A program made the translations under genes and the position numbers. A model generated the notes under the pieces. It ran no database searches, was not told the DNA's origin, and saw only the letters and a program-made list of their open reading frames with translations. Below are positions 35,053 through 46,959 of a DNA stretch of 64,000 nt, piece by piece (the first letter of the stretch is position 1; each line of letters starts with the position of its first letter). The DNA is from Malacoraja senta (lineage: Eukaryota). The stretch spans positions 4,094,001 to 4,158,000 of the forward strand of contig CM075999.1 of the NCBI GenBank assembly GCA_038087875.1. The letters are read 5' to 3'.

Positions 35053-35602
35053 ATGTCCACTTTCACAGGCAGCATCTTCCCCCACTAGTAGTCGCGGGCT
35101 TCAGGGGAAGTCACCTAATTATCCCCACATGTACCCACGCAGTCACTGGTTCAATCCCTGGCCAGGGAATTCAATCCTGAGCAGGAAGGGCAATTATGAT
35201 CATAGGGAGGGTTTCCTCGGGCAGAGTGTTTTTGACCTGGCAGCCAATGTTTGAAGATGGGTCTCGACGCGAAACGTCACCCATCAGTTTTCTCCAGATG
35301 CTGCCTGACCCGCTGAGTTACTCCAGCACTCTGTGTCTATGTTTATTGTGTCTATTGACAGGCTCCAACTCAGACAATCACCACCCAACATCCGATTTAG
35401 AATTTATCATCCAATTTGACCAAAGATCAGGCGCCACGTGTCCGTGGTTTAGAGGGGGTAGCGATTCTTTCCAGGTGAGTCCAGGTAGACAGAAGTACCT
35501 GCAGCGTTCGGGGTTCAAGGACCAAGACCGTTGGTTCGTACCTGCAGCGACTGACAAAGTGAAGAGAATCCAACAATTTCCATCCATATTTTTTCCATTT
35601 AG

Positions 35603-35608
35603 TTTATT
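35603..35608 (-). terminator. Distal MARCKSL1 polyadenylation signal
   Basis: Minus strand reads gtattGTACAgttttagtcttattaccAATAAA, with an upstream UGUA element. A second AATAAA lies at 35861-35866. Confidence 0.6.
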
Positions 35609-36359
35609 GGTAATAAGACTAAAACTGTACAATACACTAAACTGCTGAAAGTGACAATGAAATAGTAGGGATCTATTTAACAAAAATCAGTATAAATTGA
35701 CCAGGACTTCAAGTGTAAACTGGAGCCTTAGTCCCAGAAGTCCCGTGATGGGGAAAGTTTGAGAAAAGTCCACAAGATTCATTTTCCCTTTTTAAAATGT
35801 TACAATAGTCAAACCACCTTAAAAGTTAGCAATAAAAAATTGCAGATCAATTTGGCCGGTTTTATTTACAGGACAAAAACAGCAAAAAAACATCACATTT
35901 AAAACGTTGCGCCCCCCCCCCCCTCAGCAAAAATAATCACAAAATCAATTGGAACACAGTTTGCTTAATTTTAAAGTGTTGTAGTCGACTGTAAAATTAC
36001 AAAATAATCTAGAAGCTTCGATCAAAGACTGCCGTCTTCCTAAAAAAGCACAAGATGTTTTAAACCAGGGGGGGGATACAGATGCTAACGATCGCCGGGG
36101 AGAGGGGGCGAAAGAGAGAGGCAGTTCATGTCCAGACCAAAGTTGGCCACGTGTAGAATCAAACTCTCCATCGGTCTTCAATAAACTCGGTTTTAATCCC
36201 ACAACTGGGGAGGAATGTTGTTGAACCCAAGATGTTCCCAGGAAGGGTTTTTTAAATTCAGTGATGGAACACAAGTTAATACTGGCGGGACGGGGCGGGT
36301 CCGGGGAGTAACCGGGGAAGAGATCACACGTGGCGGGTGAAGTCTGTAAACAGCCTCGG

Positions 36360-37664
36360 CTACTCCTGGTCGCGGGCGGCGTCCGTGGAGCCGGACTCCG
36401 GACTGGTTGCTCCGGCCGCTTCATCCACCGCAACCGCCGCCGCCGCCGCCTCCCCCGCGCTCGGCTCCTCCACCTCCGGGGCGCCGGGTTTGGTGTCAGT
36501 GACGCCGGTGTCGGGCTGTCCCTCGGCCCGGGGCTCATCCGCTGCCGCCGCCGCCGCCTCCGCCTCTCCCGCCGCAGCCACCGCCTGTCCGGCCGCCGCC
36601 GTCTCGCCACGCCGGCCTCTCTTGAAGGACAGTTTGCCCAGTTTGAACGTCTTGAAACTCAGCGCCTTTTTCTTCTTCTTCTTGGGGGTGTCGGCTTTAG
36701 CCTCGCCCTCGGCGGCGGGTGCCGGCTCGATCCCGTCTCCCGGGCTCTCCTTCCCCGCCTCGTCCCCGGTCCCCACCACCGTCTCCCCATCCGGCTTGGT
36801 GGGCGACGTGTCTCCGTTGGTTTTAACGTGGCCGTTCTCCTGCGGACAGAGAGAAACTTAGAAAATAGGTGCAGGAGGCGGCCATTCGGCCCTTCGAGCC
36901 AGCACCGCCATTCATTGTGATCATGGCTGATCGTCCCCAATCAATAACCCGTGCCTGCCTTCTCCCCATATCCCTTGACTCCACCAGCCCCTAGAGCTCT
37001 ATCTAGAGACAAGAGAGGTGGCGGGGACCCGGGGCAACGACAGGTGCCCGTCCCGTCCCGGCCCTTGGGGTGGGGGGTGTGACACGGGCCCCGGGACAAG
37101 GGCTAGCACCGCTGGGTGGAGTCCGAGCGCAGGGCGCGGCCGCACCGGGACTAACAGCCGGTTAATGCAAACCCTGTGCGGGAGGGAGAGGGTCCCCGAC
37201 AGCCGGTGACCGGGCGGGGCGGGGCGGGTCCGGGCTACCGCAGCACCGCCACTCACTGCCAGGCGGCGCCACTGAGCCGCGCCCGGGCGGGGACGGAGGG
37301 AGCGGGGGGGGGGGGGGGGGGGGAGAGATGGGGTTCGGGGTGGAACCGGGGCGATGGGGATGGGGATGAGAGGGGAGGGTCGCAACCGGACCGGGTTGGG
37401 GGAAGAGGGACAATGAATGGGAAATTCACGACGCTCCAGCCATTGTCCCGGCTCCGCAAACCCGCCGCACAAAGACCCGGCGGCTAGACAAAGGCAGGAG
37501 CGAGGACCGAACCCCCGCCGCGACCCCCGCCCCCGCCCCCGCCCGCCCGTTGATCGGGGTTTAAAGCCCGGGTTTACCGCTGCCGCCGGTTGTCGGAGAC
37601 CCACCTGTCCGCTGGTCTTGCCCTGCTCCTGAGGAGGCTTAGACTTGGCGAGTGTGCTGCCCAT
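36360..37664 (-). CDS. MARCKSL1: MARCKS-like protein 1, two coding exons: complement(join(36360-36839,37605-37664)), 179 aa
   Basis: Exon 1 is MGSTLAKSKPPQEQGKTSGQ (myristoylation Gly2; donor CAG|gtgggt). Exon 2 follows ccgcag| and starts ENGHVKTNGD (MH2 domain split at GQ|ENGHV, as in the MARCKS family). It has GDGIEPAP (MARCKSL1-type), the basic effector domain KKKKKKALSFKTFKLGKLSFKRGRR and an acidic Ala-rich tail. Convergent with HDAC1, as in human. Confidence 0.9.
36853..37005 (-). mobile_element. CR1 3'-end fragment in the MARCKSL1 intron
   Basis: Matches the CR1 3'UTRs at 26030-26180, 5020-5160 and 50610-50750. Confidence 0.85.
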
Positions 37665-37885
37665 GATGGCGACTGGCCGGCTCCGGACACAAGGCTGGCG
37701 CTGAGTGGCGACTACACGGGCTCGGTGACGGGGCGTCTATCAGCGGCCGCTCCCTCGCTCCCTGGCTCCGATCCGCTGTGTCTCCGCTCCGCTAATAAAC
37801 GGCAGCTCCCGGGACCCGCCGTCGGGGCGGAGCATGAAGTGCCGCCGCCAATCGGCTCCGGGAGGCGGGGCCCGGTAGCGGGGAA
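37665..37885 (-). promoter_or_regulatory. MARCKSL1 5'UTR and CpG-island promoter
   Basis: CpG-rich region that extends through the gene body. Minus-strand TATA-like TTTATTA (37793-37799), GC boxes (about 37824-37830 and 37861-37870) and CCAAT (37848-37852). Confidence 0.6.
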
Positions 37886-37886
37886 C

Positions 37887-38370
37887 CCCCCCCCCTGTCC
37901 ACCACCACCCCCCACCCTCACCACCACCCCCACCCTGTCCACACCACCCCCCACCCTCACCACTCCCCCCCCCTGTCCACCACCCCCCACCCTCACCACC
38001 ACCCCCACCCTGTCCACACCACCCCCCACCCTCACCACTCCCCCCCCCCTGTCCACCACCCCCCACCCTCACCACCACCCCCACCCTCACCACCACCCCC
38101 CCCTGTCCACCACCACCCCCCACCCTCACCACTCCCCCCCCCTGTCCACCACCACCCCCCACCCTCACCACCACCCCCACCCTGTCCACACCACCCCCCA
38201 CCCTCACCACCACCCCCCACCCTCACCACTCCCCCCCCTGTCCACACCACTCCCCACCCTCACCACTCCCCCCCTGTCCACCCCCACCCTCACCCTCACC
38301 ACTCCCCCCCTGTCCACCACCACCCCCACCCTCACCACTCCCCCCCACCCCGCTCCTCCCCCCCCCACCC
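37887..38370. repeat. C-rich (minus-strand G-rich) tandem repeat upstream of MARCKSL1
   Basis: Reiterated cccccctgtccacaccacccccaccctcaccac units. A second C/T-rich repeat (ccctctctatcccctccccct) lies at 38646-38776. Confidence 0.9.
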
Positions 38371-39564
38371 GTTAACCGGGCGCCCGGCTCCCCACCGCCT
38401 CGCAATGGGAGAGGGGTACTAGGGATGGGATTGGTGGGTGGTGGGGGGGGCAGACTCCTTCCCCTTCCCCTTCCCCAGGGATGGGAGCCCGGGGGGGGGG
38501 GGGTTCCACGTCGGGAATGTCCGGTGAATCAGACGGGATTTTTTCTAAATTACATCCTGGAAACAACACGGCGGCAGCGACGGGAAATGTGGGCAGTTTT
38601 TGTGACTCTTCATTTAATGACGTGGCGGCGGTGGCCGTCTCCGCACCCCTCCCCCTCTCTATCCCCTCCCCCTCCCCCTCTCTATCCCCTCCCCCTCCCC
38701 CTCTCTATCCCCTCCCCCTCCCCCTCTCTATCCCCTCCCCCTCCCCCTCTCTATCCCCTCCCCCTCTCTATCCCCTCACATGAAACCTTGGTCCTCGGTT
38801 CCCCAACTCTGGGTAAGAGACTCTGTGCATCTACTCGATCTATTACAACACCCCTCATCCCCCGCTCCATGGGGTGAGGTGGGGGGGGATACTGTGACTC
38901 AGTCCAGCCCGTGTCTGATCGGTTGCAACATTTCCAGAGATGGCGCCGCGGGTAAATATCGCTTATTGCTCAGATCATGTCCCTAGATTTCTAAATACTC
39001 AAATATTGTTTGTTATATATATGAATCAAAACGCCAACACAGGAAGTGCCAGAAACAGTCAACAGGTCAGGCAGCATCTGTGGAGAAAGAAGCAGCCAAT
39101 GTTTCATCTCCGTTAGACACTAAATGCTGGAGTAACTCATCCAGATCCTTCTTCAGACTAACGAACTTTAAGACCCGAAACGTCGCCCATTCCTTCCCTC
39201 CAGAGATGCTGCCTGTCCCACTGAGTTACTCCAGCATTTTGTGTCTATCTTTGGTGTAAACCAGCATCTGCAGTTCCTTCCTACACATCAATGTTTTACT
39301 GATTGGTGATGGACATAATTTGTTTCTCCTCCACGGAAGCTGCCCGACCTGCTCACTGTCTCTGTGCTCTCTTGTTTTCAGATTTGCTGCGGCTGCAGGT
39401 TTTTGTGTCCTTCACAGACATCACATCTTTAGAGTGGGACGGGGAGGACTGTAGAGTGGACAACACATGGAACACGGGAACACACGGAACACGGAACATG
39501 TGTCCACACGAGCGAGACTAGCAAAGTGAGATCAGAAAATAATACAATGGTCAGTGGAATGTTT

Positions 39565-40520
39565 TAGTTAAGTTTAGAGATACAGCACAGAAACAGGCCC
39601 TTCGGCCCACCGAGTCCGCGCCAACCAGCGATCCCCGCACACTAACCTCGAAAAGATCATCCACACATTTATCTCCTCCCGCCTAGATTACTGCAACTCC
39701 CTTTACACTGGCATCAGCCAATCTTCCCTGTCCCGCCTGCAACTGGTCCAAAACGCCGCAGCGAGACTCCTGACGGGCACCCGAAAAAGGGACCACATCA
39801 CCCCGATCCTGGCCTCTCTCCACTGGCTCCCTGTGCGGTTCCGTATAAACTTCAAGATCCTCCTCCATGTCTACAAAGCCCTCAATGGGCTTGCCCCCAC
39901 CTACATAAGAAGTCTTCTCACCCACCACTCTACCTCCAGGCCCCTCAGATCAACCGACTTGGGGTTGCTGAATATCCCACGGTCTAGGCATAAGCTCAGG
40001 GGCGACCGAGCCTTTGCGGTTGCAGCCCCTAGACTGTGGAACAGCATCCCCCTTCCCATCAGAACTGCCCCCTCCATCGACTCTTTTAAGTCAAGACTAA
40101 AGACTTATCTATACTCCCAAGCCTTTCCTGACGTCCTCTGAGTGAGGGCTACATGTATATATGTATGTAGTTTGTTTTGTTTATGCTATTCTTATAACAA
40201 ATGTAAAGCACTTTGGCCAACGAGAGTTGTTTTTTAAATGTGCTATATAAATAAATGTGACTTGACTCTTTTAAGTCATGACTAAAAATCCTACTATGCT
40301 ACACACACTAGGGACAATTTACATTTATACCAAGCCAGTTAACCTACAAACCTGTATGTCTTTGGAGTGTGGGAGGAAACCGGAGCACCCGGAGAAAACC
40401 CACGCTGGACACGGGTGAGAACGTACAAACTCCGTACAGACAGCACCCGTAGTCAGGTTTGAATCTGGCTCTCTGGTGCTGTGAGGCAGCAGCTCTACCC
40501 GCTGCGTCACCATGCCGCTT
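39565..40520 (-). mobile_element. HE1-like SINE split by an L2 insertion
   Basis: SINE 3' part at 39565-39646 and 5' part at about 40293-40520 flank the L2 fragment. Confidence 0.7.
39647..40275 (+). mobile_element. L2-type LINE 3' fragment
   Basis: SRLDYCNSL...[13 protein letters not shown]...HITPILASLHWLPVRFRINFKILL...[17 protein letters not shown]; tail tgctatataaataaa. Confidence 0.85.
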
Positions 40521-40539
40521 TGTAGAGTTTTGTAGCGCT

Positions 40540-41030
40540 CCATATTCAGTAGTGATTGTCAAGCTGCAAAAGGTGCAGAGAAGATTTACGAGAATGTTGC
40601 CAGAACTCGAGGGGCCTGAGCTATCAGGAGAGGTTGGGGCAGGCTAGGAGTCTACTCCTTGGAGCGCAGGAGGATGAGGGGTGATCTTATAGAGGTGTAT
40701 AAAATCATGAGAGGAATAGATCGGATGAATACATGCTATCTAGAGTGATGAGTAGGGGAATTGAGGACCAGAGGTTTAAGGTGAGAGGGGAAAGATTTAA
40801 AAGGAGCCTGAGAGGCAGCTTTTTTCCACAAAGGTTGGTGGGTATTTGGAACGAGCTGCCGGGGGAGGTAGTTCAGGCAGGTACCATCATCACATTCAAA
40901 AGACAGACAGGTACATGGATAGGACAGGTTTAGGTGGATATGGTCCAGACGTGGGCAGGTGTCCGGGACTAGTGTAGGTGGGGCATGTTGGTCAGTGTGG
41001 GCATGTTAGGCCAGTTTTCACGCTGTATGA
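40540..41030 (+). mobile_element. Degenerate CR1 3' fragment
   Basis: VKLQKVQRRFTRMLP...RGDLIEVYKIMRG...WNELP remnants. Confidence 0.7.
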
Positions 41031-43182
41031 CTAATTGTTAGTCATTGTCCCTTGATTCCAGTTCCTTCCACAAGAGGAAACATCCTCCACATCCGTCCTG
41101 TCCAAATCTCATGAACTTTGGCTTTGGTGATTTCCTCTCTCTCGGAACTTCCACTAAAAGTCTGAGCAAGGCAGCTCAGCTCCCTCCCCAGTCTGGACAC
41201 CTCCCCTCGATCTCCTCTTGCAGCCTCTTGTCTCTCCCTCCACCATCCCCTCCCCACACCTGAGTCCTCCTGCCCATCACCTGTCACCTCACCTGGTGCC
41301 ACCTGTCACCTGCCAGCTCCCTCCCCACTACATTCTGGACACCTCCCCTCGACCTCAGATTTACATTTCGAGTTACTATTATGTATTGTCACATGTACCA
41401 AGGTAGGGTGAAGGTTTCTCACTCCTAATGCTGGGTCTTGGCTTGAAACATTGACCACAGATCTTTCCTGACCCACTGGGTTCCTCCAGCAGTTTGTTAT
41501 TTGAAAAGATTCTTCCCCTGTATATTTCCACAAAACTGAAGCCTGCCTTGACTCACTAGACGGTGATGCTGTGAGAGGTGGTGATTAACTGCGGGAAAGG
41601 TAGTTCTACTGATGACTTATTTACCAGTTACTAAACACCTCATCAGTAATTACATTAGGAATTCAGAAACAAAAGGGTAAGATGAACTTTGATTTCAGCC
41701 ATTATTCCAAAGCTTGTCAAAGGTGACGTGTTTAATAATGCGAAGAAAGCCCGTCAACACCTTTACTTCCCTAGAAGATTGAGGACATTTGGAATGCTGA
41801 TGAATTATGTGTAGATGTGCATTAGGGAGTACACTGACTGGTTGTGTTATGGTCTTGTTCTTGTAATGCAAAAAGCCCAGGAACGAAGGAGACCACAGAG
41901 AGTGGTGGACACTGTCTGGTCCATCACAGATACTGACCTCCCCACCACACACTGCCCGGTCCATCACAGGTACTGACCTCCCCACCATCGAAGGTAGACG
42001 CAAACAGCTGGAGTAACTCTGCGGGACAGACAGCATCTCTGGAGAGAAGGAATGGATGGGGTTTCGGGTCGAGACCCTTCTTCAGACTCAACCAGTCTCG
42101 ACCCGAAACATCACCCATTCCTCTCCAGACATGCTGTCTGTCCCGCTGAGTTACTCCAGCTTTTTGTGCCTATCCCCACCAATGAAGGTCCATCACGGGT
42201 ACTGACCTCCCCACCATCACATGCATCTACTGTGGAGAACAGGGGTAGGGGAGGGATGGAGAGAGAGGGAAAGCAAGGGTTACTAGAAGTTAGAGAAATC
42301 AATATTTGTACTGCTGAGTTGTAAGCTGCCCAAGTGAAATAGGAGGTGCTGTTCCCCCATTACTGTCTGTGTTTTAATTATTGGAAGGTGGCAGAAAGAA
42401 ATATAAATTGCCCATTCAGCTTTCTGCATCACTTTGTAATCTGATTGTGCAGTGAGGATTGGGCCCACTCCATGCTGATCCAGAGTGTGTTTCTGTGGCA
42501 ATAACTGCTCCCTGAAAACCAGAGACCACCATCACCAAGTATCGAGGGGGCATCACTCTCCTTGGATCAGGGTCACCTGGATCTTAACGTGGGGGCTGTA
42601 GGGAGGAAGGACCAGTCCCAGCAACTGACCGATGGGGGCGCGACGTAGAAAGAAATCAGACGGAGAAGCTTCTCCACCTTCTCAAGCATTTTTATCTCCA
42701 TGGAAACTGGCGGCACCAATGCCAGAAGATGGTTGAATCCACAAAGTCTCTGTGTTGTGAGCATCGGCTGATTATAACGAGAAATAAAATAGTGCTTTGC
42801 TCAGATTGGCACAGTCATAATCGGGAGGGATTCTGGTTGTAATCTCTGGTAAAACTCAATGTAGCCTCGCTGATGGAATCACAAGCGTGTCATTGCAGGA
42901 TTACAGGCTGGAATGCAATGACTAACGACAGTCAGACTAAATGATGTGTGTTTCCATTCAATCTCCAATCAGCCAGCACATCACAGGACCCAATCAAGGC
43001 AGGCTAATACCAAGATATAGTCTAACCCAGTATTTAGAGATAACAAATAAAATGATAGTAGAAAACAAGTTGGTCTTCCCTATGTTTGTTGCAACTGTAG
43101 ATTCTACTTTTATTTAGTTGAGAATATTCGACAGCTAAATCCAATCTTTGCCTTCGATCCTTCCAAATAATCGATATATATA

Positions 43183-44645
43183 TCTATATAATTAAAAGTC
43201 TCATCTTGACCACTTCCTGTTTGCACTGTGCTTTGATTTTAGAAAGAAAGCTACCATATATGGCTGTGATTTTTTGGCCATCTTACTCAGAGTCCTCCTC
43301 CGCTGCGCAGGCCCCGAGGATTTTTCCCATCGATTAAAAATAAAAGACTTATTAGTGTTTAAAAAATCTTGAGATTCTCTCTCCTGTCAATCACCACCAT
43401 GAATACCACGCCCCTTCTGGTGGGAGGGGGAGGGACCCGGAAGTGTGGGCATGGCTCAGTCTGTCTGCAAGATGGCGAGGGAGAGGTCACGACTCTATGT
43501 GAATATGCAATGTACTTGAATAAATGATTTGTTAGCCCTTAATAAAAATGAAATGAGTTGTTTGGCCTGCCCTGTGCTTGAAACTGCAATGGCAATGGAA
43601 ATGAAGTGAAAATGCAATGAGCTGTTTGGCTTGTGCCTGCCCTGTGCTTGAAACTGCAATGGAAATGGAAATGAAGTGAAAATGCAATCAGCTGTTTGGC
43701 TTGAGCCTGCCCTGTGCTTGAAAGTGCAATGGCAATGGAATTGAAATGAAAATGCAATGAGTTATTCGGTCTGTCCTGTGCTTGAAACTGCAATGCAATT
43801 GGAAATGAAATGAAATGAAATGAGTTGTTTGTCCTGCCTGAAACCACTAATTTCGTCCCACAAGGCCCCTATTAGCCGAGAAACCAGTCTCTTTTGCCCA
43901 AAATGCCCGTATTAGCCCAGGAGCATTTTGGCCCAAAAGGCCCGTGCCAGGCCAGGAAAAGTCCAGAACGTGCCTTTCACTGAGATTTCACTCCGATTTT
44001 TTTTTAAAGAGCCCCTTCGGCCTATCAGGCCTGTACTAGCCCAGGAGCCCCTTCGGCCCATCAGTAAGTATTCCCCCTGCAAGTATTAAACCTCACCCCA
44101 GTATTTTTCTCCCTCCCTTCATTTGCTCCCTGTGAGATCCAGGCCAGGATAGACTTCCTCCTTCATTGCTGTGATATGCAGAAAAAGATGAAAAATGTCT
44201 AAAATTGATTCTCCACCCTCTCCCGCTTCTCTCTCACAGAGTCTCTCACCTGTTTTGGGCAGAATTTCTGGCAGTTTCTGAGCTGTCAGCCCACCAGGCC
44301 TGAGTGATTGAGCTGCCAGCCCACCAGGCCTGAGTGATTGAGCTGCCAGCCCACCAGGCCTGAGTGACTGAGCTGCCAACTCACCAGGACTGAGTGATTG
44401 AGCTGCCAGCCCACCAGGCCTGAGTGATTGAGCTGCCAGCCCAAGAATCCATTCGGCCCACAATGTCAATACTAGCCCTCTAGAAACCAGTCCCTTCGGC
44501 CCACAACATCCATACTAGTGCTCCAGAAAGCCCCCCCCCCCCCCCACTGGCCAGCAATATTGGAATTGGTGGAGAGGTGGAATATTGCGTTGGGGGGCCA
44601 GCCCTCCCGTGTGAACATGGGACCCAACGATCCCACTTAGTCTAG
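43183..44645 (+). mobile_element. Non-autonomous Helitron-like element with internal subrepeats
   Basis: A|TC start (43183), subterminal hairpin TGGGA-cccaacga-TCCCA (44618-44635) and CTAG|T end. Internal repeats of about 70 bp (43545-43840) and 30 bp (44281-44443). Confidence 0.7.
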
Positions 44646-45015
44646 TATATAACTAAAAGTCTCATCTTGTATGTATGTGTGCATGTATGTATGTGTGTAT
44701 GTTACCGAAATACAGCCAAAACGGCACAGGACAACACAACGATTTTATGGGTGCTCACCATACCGTCGCCTGCGGTGTGCAGTATCAAGTTTTGTTATAT
44801 TTTTAAAAGTATATAAACTTTAATGGACTTTATACTGTCAATGGGACAAGTTTCAACGTGGCAGTCGCGTGTGCGCAGTGCACTTCCACTTGCCGGGCAC
44901 GGAATCAACGCGAGCGCAGTTGGGGGAGTGTTGCCGGGCCCGGCAGCGGCACATCAAGAAGGAATTTGAAATATTGAATTTGGAACATCTCAAGGATCTC
45001 TGGCGGGTCGTCTAA
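44646..45015 (+). mobile_element. Second Helitron-like element abutting the first
   Basis: Begins TATATAACTAAAAGTCTCATCTTG, nearly the same head as at 43185; possible CTAA|T end at 45012-45015. Confidence 0.45.
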
Positions 45016-46334
45016 TAAGTCATAAATTCCTCACTGAACCATCACCCATTCCTTCTCTCCAGTGATGCTGCCTGTCCCGCTGAGTTACTCCAGCTTTTTG
45101 TGTCTATCTTTGGTTTAACCCGGCATCTGCAGTTCCTTCCTACACAATTCCTCACTGATGCCTGGAGGAGATTATGAAAGGGTTTCTGGAGACAATGTTG
45201 CCTGTGAGAAGATAGACACAAAACGCTGGAGAAACAGCGGGACAGGCAGCATCTCTGGAGAGAAGGAATGGGTGACGTTTAGGTTGAGAGTCAGGGGAGA
45301 GGAAACGTGGAGTTGTAGATGGCACATAGACCAGATCAATGCAAGATATGCAAAAGCAATGATGATTAAGAAAGTTGGAGCCCACAAAGGTGCATTGTTG
45401 GCTGTGGGGTAGGTGCTCTTCGTATGTGTATATATCTCAAACAGACAAATAAACAGCTAATAGTAATGCCCCCAGGTCTATGTAGCTCAGAGCTGATTTG
45501 GAGGTAGTAGTGTTTAATAGCCTGATGTTTGCAAGAAAGAGGCAGCTTTCAGGAAATGTCATTGTCTGTGAATGTCTCCCCCAAAGGTCCTCTCTCTCTT
45601 GAGTGTAGTTTATTGTCACGTGTACCTAGGTGCAGTGAAAAACTTTTGTCTCTCTTTCACATGTCACACCCCCACCCAATGGTCTGGCCAACATGTGGAT
45701 TTATTCCAGATGTTTGTGATTGTGACCGCCTGGCACCTCGTCTGAGTACAAACCTGAGTACTGGTTTAGGAGATGTTCAGGTCATTAGCCAACATGATAG
45801 TGCTTGCTCCTCCCTTGCCCAATCAACACCTCCCAGATGCCAGAGGATTCAGCTGTCTGAGCTGTTGCTGATAATGACCGGCCATTGTCACCACATTCAG
45901 CTGAAGACAGACGCACAGATCGACCCGAAACGTCACCCATTCCTTCGCTCCAGAGATGCAGCCTGTCCCGCTGAGTTACTCCAGTGACGCTGCCTGTCCT
46001 GCTGAGTTACTCCAGCATTTTGTGTCTATCTTTGGTTTAAACCAGCATCTGCAGTTCCTTCCTACACATTCAGCTCCTCTGCCCTGCACCCCTGAGCCAG
46101 GGTCCCCATCACAACTCTGTGTGGGACAGGAATGGACAGAATGTTCTGGGCGTGATCTAATCATGGTCTCATTCAGGAGACAAGGCCGGGACTTGTCCAG
46201 TGTTTGTAACAATGTACCGGGTCTCGACACAAGGACTCTCTTCTCTTGTCTCTGCCATTGTGCTGAGAATCCTGTGACCAACGGTTCACCTTGCTGTTTG
46301 AAGATCACTATCCACACGCCACTGCTGCCATGTT

Positions 46335-46940
46335 GATCTTCACAGACATCTGTTAACTGGATAACAGTATTGAGTCCAGAAGTTGGGAGGTCATGTTGTA
46401 GTCGTACAAGACGTTGGTGAGGCCGCATTTACAGTATTGTGTTCAGTTCTGGGCACCATGTTATAGGAAAGATGTTGTCAAGCTGGAAAAGGTACAGGGA
46501 AGATTTACGAGGATGTTGCCGGGACTAGAGGGTGTGAGCTACAGGGAGAGGTTAAGTAGGCTGGGACTCTATCCCTTGGAGGATGAGGGGAGATCTTATA
46601 GAGGCATATAAAATCATGAGAGGAATAGATCGGGTAGATGCACAGAGTCTCTTGCCCAGAGTAGGGGAATCGAAGACCAGAGGACATACTGAGATTAAAT
46701 TGGAATTTGAGGGGTAACTATTTCACACAAAGGGTGGTGGGTGTATGGAACAAGCTGCCAGAGGAGGTAGTTGAGACAGGGACTCCCAACATTTAAGAAA
46801 CAGTTAGACAGGTACATAGATTGGACAGGTTTGGAGGGATATGGGCCAAACGCGGGCAGGTAGGACTAGTGTAGTTGGGACATGTTGGTCAGTGTCGGCA
46901 AGTTGGGCCAAAGGGCCTGTTTCCACGCCATATCACTCTA
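46335..46940 (+). mobile_element. CR1 3' fragment
   Basis: ORF 46414-46611 VRPHLQYCVQFWAPCYRKDVVKLEKVQGRFTRMLPGL. Confidence 0.8.
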
Positions 46941-46959
46941 AGCCTCCATAACACAATGG

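Noticed and set aside
34073..35085. Three overlapping ORFs of about 300 aa and a CRISPR-like periodic repeat
   Set aside because: This is a 29-bp minisatellite with no unique spacers and no cas genes, in a vertebrate context. The ORFs arise because the unit has no minus-strand stop codon.
35945..36940. Alternative-frame and antisense ORFs over MARCKSL1 exon 2 (Arg-rich)
   Set aside because: Expected shadow ORFs of very GC-rich coding sequence; no recognisable domain.
36999..37604. 221-aa ORF continuing from the MARCKSL1 ATG
   Set aside because: After codon 20 there is a donor site at the conserved GQ|ENGHV position; the remainder is GC-rich intron.
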